Shown piece by piece: positions 25,023 to 28,772 of a DNA stretch of 28,772 nt. Under the pieces are notes generated by a model. It made no database searches, had not been told where the DNA came from, and saw only the letters and a list, made by a program, of their open reading frames with translations. The stretch is from positions 1 to 28,772 of the IMG/VR virus record IMGVR_UViG_3300046000_001432; one strand, written 5' to 3'. How positions within the stretch are numbered: position 1 is the first letter of the stretch; each line of letters starts with the position of its first letter. The DNA is from a virus (taxonomy: Duplodnaviria > Caudoviricetes). The translations under genes and the position numbers were made by a program.

Positions 25023-25235
25023 ATGTCTCAACTGTCTAAGGTCGCTAAGGTTCTCCGTCAGAACACCAAGGGTGCTGGCATCACTGTTGCCCAGATCGCT
25101 CGTCTGGCCGGTGTTCCGAAGACCAGCGTTTCCAAGCGTGTGTATGACCTACGCACCCTTGAAGGCAAGACCATCTATAGCAACTACCGTACTGTTAACG
25201 GTAAGCGCAAGATGTTTTATCGTTTTGCTGCCTAA
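25023..25235 (+). CDS. Small winged helix-turn-helix DNA-binding protein
   Basis: GITVAQIARLAGVPKTSVSKRVYDLR HTH followed by a beta-hairpin wing; GGAG RBS. Confidence 0.82.
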   Translation: MSQLSKVAKVLRQNTKGAGITVAQIARLAGVPKTSVSKRVYDLRTLEGKTIYSNYRTVNGKRKMFYRFAA

Positions 25236-25246
25236 TTAACGATACG

Positions 25247-25290
25247 GAGTGGGAGTGATACTATATACTAGTATCCTTCCCACTTTTTTT
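25247..25290 (+). terminator. Rho-independent terminator after the HTH gene
   Basis: GAGTGGGAG-T-GATACTA / TAGTATC-C-TTCCCACTT stem with a 5-nt loop, then a T7 tract. Confidence 0.82.
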
Positions 25291-25306
25291 ATTATGGAGT
25301 ACCCGC

Positions 25307-26200
25307 ATGGAATTATCAATCAAAGTTGAAGACCTAAGAAAGAACAAGTTGTTCATTGCCACACCAATGTATGGCGGTGTCAATCATGGTCTTTACATGA
25401 AGGCTTGTCTTGATCTTCAAGCACTATGTTTTCAATACGGAATTGAAAATCGTTTTTCATTCCTATTCAACGAATCTCTAATTACTCGCGCAAGAAATTA
25501 TCTCGTAGATGAATTCTTGCGTTCTGGTTATACACACTTACTCTTTATCGATTCCGATATTCATTTTGAACCGCAAGACATTCTTGCAATGTTGGCCTTA
25601 GACAAGGACGTTATTGGCGCTCCTTATCCAAAGAAGGCTATCAACTGGAAGAATATTGCAACAGCTATGGTCAAGAATCCCACAATCAGTCCGGGAGAAC
25701 TTGAAAATCTTGTTGGCGATTATGTCTTCAATCCTGTTCCAGGAACAAATCAGTTCAGTGTAAGAGAGCCTCTTGAAGTTCTTGAACTTGGTACTGGTTA
25801 CATGATGGTCAAGAGAGAAGTTTTTGATAAGTTTAGACAAGCTTATCCTAAGCAGAACTATAAGCCTGATCATATTGGTCAAGTTAACTTCGATGGCACA
25901 CGTTACATTCACGCATACTTTGATACTGTTATGGATAATGGTTACACTTACGATGACCTTTACTCTCTCGTATTGAAGGCTTCAAATGGTGAAGATGTAA
26001 GTGAGGCTGGTAAGAAGTTTATGGAAGCAGAGAAGACAGCCTCTCACCGCTATCTCTCGGAAGATTATATGTTCTGTCAGTATTGGAGAAAGATGGGCGG
26101 TCAGATTTGGTTATGCCCTTGGATGAAGACACAGCATGTCGGCTCTTATGCTTTCACAGGTAATATGCAATCAATCGCTAATCATACAGGAAATCTATAA
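25307..26200 (+). CDS. GT-A fold (GT2-like) glycosyltransferase
   Basis: LFIATPMYGG, ESLITRARN, HLLFIDSDI (DxD), YLSEDYMFC and HVG motifs. Confidence 0.82.
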   Translation: MELSIKVEDLRKNKLFIATPMYGGVNHGLYMKACLDLQALCFQYGIENRFSFLFNESLITRARNYLVDEFLRSGYTHLLFIDSDIHFEPQDILAMLALDKDVIGAPYPKKAINWKNIATAMVKNPTISPGELENLVGDYVFNPVPGTNQFSVREPLEVLELGTGYMMVKREVFDKFRQAYPKQNYKPDHIGQVNFDGTRYIHAYFDTVMDNGYTYDDLYSLVLKASNGEDVSEAGKKFMEAEKTASHRYLSEDYMFCQYWRKMGGQIWLCPWMKTQHVGSYAFTGNMQSIANHTGNL

Positions 26201-26844
26201 TGATCATTGGTGTTATAGGATTCATCGGTTCAGGTAAAGGAACTGCTGCTGATGTTCTAGTTGAGAAACACGGCTTCGTAAAGCTTTCATTTGCGGATGC
26301 TGTTAAGGACGCTACTGCTGCCATCTTCGGATGGCAGCGGTCTCTCCTCGAAGGTGATACTCTAGAGAGCAGAGAGTTTCGTGAGACGAATGATGAATGG
26401 TGGGCAAATCGTTTTGGTTTTGAACATTTTTCTCCTCGTCTTGCTCTACAGTTGATGGGTACGGAAGCTGGTCGTAATGTATTTCATAAAGATGTTTGGG
26501 TCTATGCTCTTGAGCGTAAGATGGAAATGTACCAGAATGTTGTAATCGCAGATGTTCGTTTTCCAAATGAGATAGAATGGATGCGTAGCAAGGGTGGCTT
26601 TGCTGTTCGTGTCGTGCGCGGACATGATCCTGGTTGGTATAATGATGCTGTCCGAGCTAACAAAGAAAAGAATACTGATTATATGTCGGGTCATACAATC
26701 CATTATTCGGAATGGGCATGGGCAGGTGAGATTATGGATTATCAGCTTGATAACAATGGAAGCATTTCCATGCTTGAAGCTGATATCGGTCACATGCTAA
26801 AAGTCTTTACAGGCCCGCAAAAGTCTGCTATACTAGCAGCGTAA
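26200..26844 (+). CDS. g1: Deoxynucleoside monophosphate kinase (T4 gp1-like)
   Basis: GFIGSGKGT P-loop, SFADAVKD, PRLALQLMGTEAGR, DVRFPNE and HYSE. Confidence 0.9.
   Translation: MIIGVIGFIGSGKGTAADVLVEKHGFVKLSFADAVKDATAAIFGWQRSLLEGDTLESREFRETNDEWWANRFGFEHFSPRLALQLMGTEAGRNVFHKDVWVYALERKMEMYQNVVIADVRFPNEIEWMRSKGGFAVRVVRGHDPGWYNDAVRANKEKNTDYMSGHTIHYSEWAWAGEIMDYQLDNNGSISMLEADIGHMLKVFTGPQKSAILAA
26806..26834 (+). promoter_or_regulatory. sigma70-type promoter for g45
   Basis: TTTACA-17 nt-TATACT with TGn extension, inside the 3' end of the kinase gene. Confidence 0.75.
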
Positions 26845-26868
26845 ACTAAAAACACTGGAGATTATATT

Positions 26869-27534
26869 ATGAAGATTAGTGAAAACACCCTGAGTGTATT
26901 GAAGAACTTTTCTGCAATCAATTCCGGGCTTGTCTTGCAGAAGGGAAATGTCCAGAAGACAATTTCTCCTGAGAAGTCCATTCTTGTTGAAGTTGAAATA
27001 GAGGATGCTATTCCTGGGCAGTTCGGTATCTATGATCTCAATCAGTTCCTTGGTAATGTTTCTACTCTTGGAAATCCTGATCTGAGCTTTACTGAAAATG
27101 CTGTTATGATGAATGATGGCGATATCGCATTCAACTATTATTCATGTTCGCCTAACCTTATCGTTTCTCCTCCTGATAAGGAATTGAAGTTGAAGCAAAC
27201 TGATGTTAGCTTCGCTTTGACGAATGCTATTCTATCAAAGCTCCTTCGTCTTGCTTCAATGAACAATCTTACTCATCTCTCAGTTGTTGGTAAGAATGGA
27301 GAGATCCGCTTGCAGACACATGAGAAGGCCAATGATACTTCAAACTCCGCTTCATTCAAGTTGAATGATTATAAGGGTGCTGATTTCATCGCATCGTTTA
27401 AGGTCGAGAACATCAAGCTTGTTCCTGGTGACTATGATGTAGAAATTCAGCTTGGAGCATTTGCCAAGTTCACTGCTACAAGTGGCGCATTCAAGGACAA
27501 GATTAAGTATTTCATCGCATTGGAGACAAAGTAA
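26869..27534 (+). CDS. g45: Sliding clamp gp45
   Basis: MKISENTLSVLKNFSAIN, FGIYDLNQFL, ENIKLVPGDYDV and KYFIALE. Confidence 0.96.
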   Translation: MKISENTLSVLKNFSAINSGLVLQKGNVQKTISPEKSILVEVEIEDAIPGQFGIYDLNQFLGNVSTLGNPDLSFTENAVMMNDGDIAFNYYSCSPNLIVSPPDKELKLKQTDVSFALTNAILSKLLRLASMNNLTHLSVVGKNGEIRLQTHEKANDTSNSASFKLNDYKGADFIASFKVENIKLVPGDYDVEIQLGAFAKFTATSGAFKDKIKYFIALETK

Positions 27535-27535
27535 T

Positions 27536-27820
27536 ATGGCTGGTATCGGACACAATAAGCCTTTCGTGAGTATCAATTCTCTCACTGAAACTCAGAAGAC
27601 AGACTTGAAGAATGCTATCCGTGAAATGAATGATAGCATGACGCGCGTAGCCTCTGAGCGTGACTTCCAGAAGAGCGCATTGGATGGCGCTGTTGATAAG
27701 ACTGGTGTAGACAAGAAGATCATTCGCCGTATGGCCAAGGCCTACTTCAAGTCCAACTATAACGAAGAGCAGGAAGAGAACCGTCAGTTCGAAGAATTCT
27801 ATGACGCTGTGATGAAGTAA
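27536..27820 (+). CDS. dsDNA-binding protein, T4 DsbA / GapR (DUF2312)-like
   Basis: Start reassigned to the ATG at 27536 (GGAG at 27522-27525). Helical pattern LKNAIREMNDSMTRVASERDFQK...GVDKKIIRRMAKAYFK...FEEFYDAV. Confidence 0.72.
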   Translation: MAGIGHNKPFVSINSLTETQKTDLKNAIREMNDSMTRVASERDFQKSALDGAVDKTGVDKKIIRRMAKAYFKSNYNEEQEENRQFEEFYDAVMK

Positions 27821-28056
27821 TGGTAGGTTATAGTTATAAACCTTCCGATTATGTAGCTGATGCTAACAGCGTTTATTTTACCGCTGTTAGCAGTATGCCG
27901 AAGCGGTCTGATTGGCAATGCTATCTCTTTGGTGATGCAGATCGTCCTGGTCCTGGTTCTGTTGTCTTAGTTCCTGTTGAGGGTAATGAGCCCAATTGGT
28001 TCCATCGAAAGATGCAAGAACTTTGCTTTGGTTTCAAATGGAGAAAGTCTAAGTAA
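27820..28056 (+). CDS. Hypothetical protein (78 aa)
   Basis: TAATG overlaps at both ends; PNWFHRKMQELCFGFKW C-terminal motif. Confidence 0.75.
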   Translation: MVGYSYKPSDYVADANSVYFTAVSSMPKRSDWQCYLFGDADRPGPGSVVLVPVEGNEPNWFHRKMQELCFGFKWRKSK

Positions 28057-28298
28057 TGGCAAAAGATGTGATCGCAAGAATGGAAGAACTCATGAGGCCT
28101 ATTGACAGGCAGATCATGATGTGCGATAATGCAGAAGATGTATTGATGTTGGCTTCCAGCATGATGATTACTGCCAAGATGATTTATATTCAGCAGCTTG
28201 GTGGTGAAGGCGCTAAATTCCTAATTCAGAAAATGGTGAATGAAATTGACGAACGAATCCTTCCTGTGGGTCGAGAAGTACCGCCCGAAAACTATTGA
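28056..28298 (+). CDS. Hypothetical protein (80 aa)
   Basis: Coupled to the upstream gene by TAATG; helical; 3' end overlaps the start of g44. Confidence 0.68.
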   Translation: MAKDVIARMEELMRPIDRQIMMCDNAEDVLMLASSMMITAKMIYIQQLGGEGAKFLIQKMVNEIDERILPVGREVPPENY

Positions 28299-28772
28299 AG
28301 ATTGTATTCTTCCTGATCGCTTGAAGAAGCCGTTTCAGGAATATGTAGAGAAGCAAGAAATTCCAAATCTCATGTTAACTGGTTCTGCGGGTGTCGGTAA
28401 GACAACCGTAGCGAAAGCAATGTGTGATGAGATTGGTATCAATCATCTCTATATCAATGCTTCCGAAAATCGTGGTATTGATATGCTACGAACCACAATT
28501 CGTGGCTATGCATCCACTGTGTCTCTAACTGGTGGTAAGAAGGTCATTATCCTAGACGAAGCAGACTATATGACTCCCGATGCACAGGCTGCTATGCGTG
28601 GTGCTATCGAAGAGTTTGCTAAGAACTGCACATTCATCTTTACTTGTAACTTCAAGTCCAAGCTGATTGACGCTCTTCATTCTCGTTGTTCTGTCATTGA
28701 CTTTGCATTGAAGAATGATGAGAAGGCAAAGATGGCCATGCAGTTGATGAAGCGCATGGAAAATGTTCTAAC
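28240..28772 (+). CDS. g44: Clamp loader large subunit gp44 (3'-truncated by window; absent from ORF track)
   Basis: Manual translation MKLTNESFLWVEKYRPKTIEDCILP...GSAGVGKTT...INAS...IILDEADY...SRC. Start is ATG 28240 or in-frame TTG 28246. Confidence 0.96.
   Translation, partial: MKLTNESFLWVEKYRPKTIEDCILPDRLKKPFQEYVEKQEIPNLMLTGSAGVGKTTVAKAMCDEIGINHLYINASENRGIDMLRTTIRGYASTVSLTGGKKVIILDEADYMTPDAQAAMRGAIEEFAKNCTFIFTCNFKSKLIDALHSRCSVIDFALKNDEKAKMAMQLMKRMENVL

Noticed and set aside
24958-25239. 93-aa ORF overlapping the HTH gene
   Set aside because: Its ATG is inside the inverted repeat with no RBS, while the 25023 frame has GGAG and a clear HTH.
27452-27535. N-terminal 28-codon extension of the DsbA/GapR-like ORF
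   Set aside because: It overlaps g45; the ATG at 27536 has an RBS and follows the g45 stop by 1 nt.
237-27585. Remaining short ORFs on either strand nested within called genes
   Set aside because: They overlap well-supported plus-strand genes and lack RBSs or recognisable motifs.
1-28772. Introns, inteins, homing endonucleases, tRNAs, CRISPR arrays, integrase or transposase
   Set aside because: Core genes are uninterrupted and of ordinary length, intergenic gaps are short, and no repeat-spacer array or cloverleaf was seen.
1-28772. Stop-codon reassignment
   Set aside because: All recognisable genes are full length in the standard code, and TAA, TGA and TAG all occur as real stops.

Overview
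This window is the conserved core of a large T4-like myovirus genome, with every supportable gene on the + strand. The first part (1-13070) is the late virion block: terminase gp17 (3' end), sheath gp18, tube gp19, portal gp20, core proteins gp67/gp68, protease gp21, scaffold gp22, major capsid gp23 and gp3, served by T4-type TATAAATA late promoters. The second part (13131-28772) is the replication/recombination block: uvsY, uvsW, late sigma gp55, gp47, gp46, two glycosyltransferases, a HExxH peptidase-vWA protein plus MoxR/CobS AAA+ ATPase, an HTH protein, dNMP kinase, clamp gp45, a DsbA/GapR-like protein and gp44 (5' part), served by host sigma70-type promoters. The gene order g23-g3-uvsY-uvsW-g55-g47-g46-cobS-g45-g44 resembles cyanophage/alphaproteobacterial T4-like phages rather than T4 itself. 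An alphaproteobacterial host is suggested but is inference only. The most interesting region is an expanded head 'cargo' locus between g20 and g21. It holds an ADP-ribosyltransferase with a capsid-targeting-like leader and a variant first catalytic motif, and core-type proteins carrying basic or Glu-free segments bounded by prohead-protease-type cleavage sites. Other points are an antisense sigma70 promoter upstream of g55, a DNA-glycosylation candidate cassette, tandem IHF boxes at the edge of a GC-rich early block, and three proteins ending in Ala-Ala (possible ClpXP degrons). All family calls come from motif recognition by eye; no database search was run.
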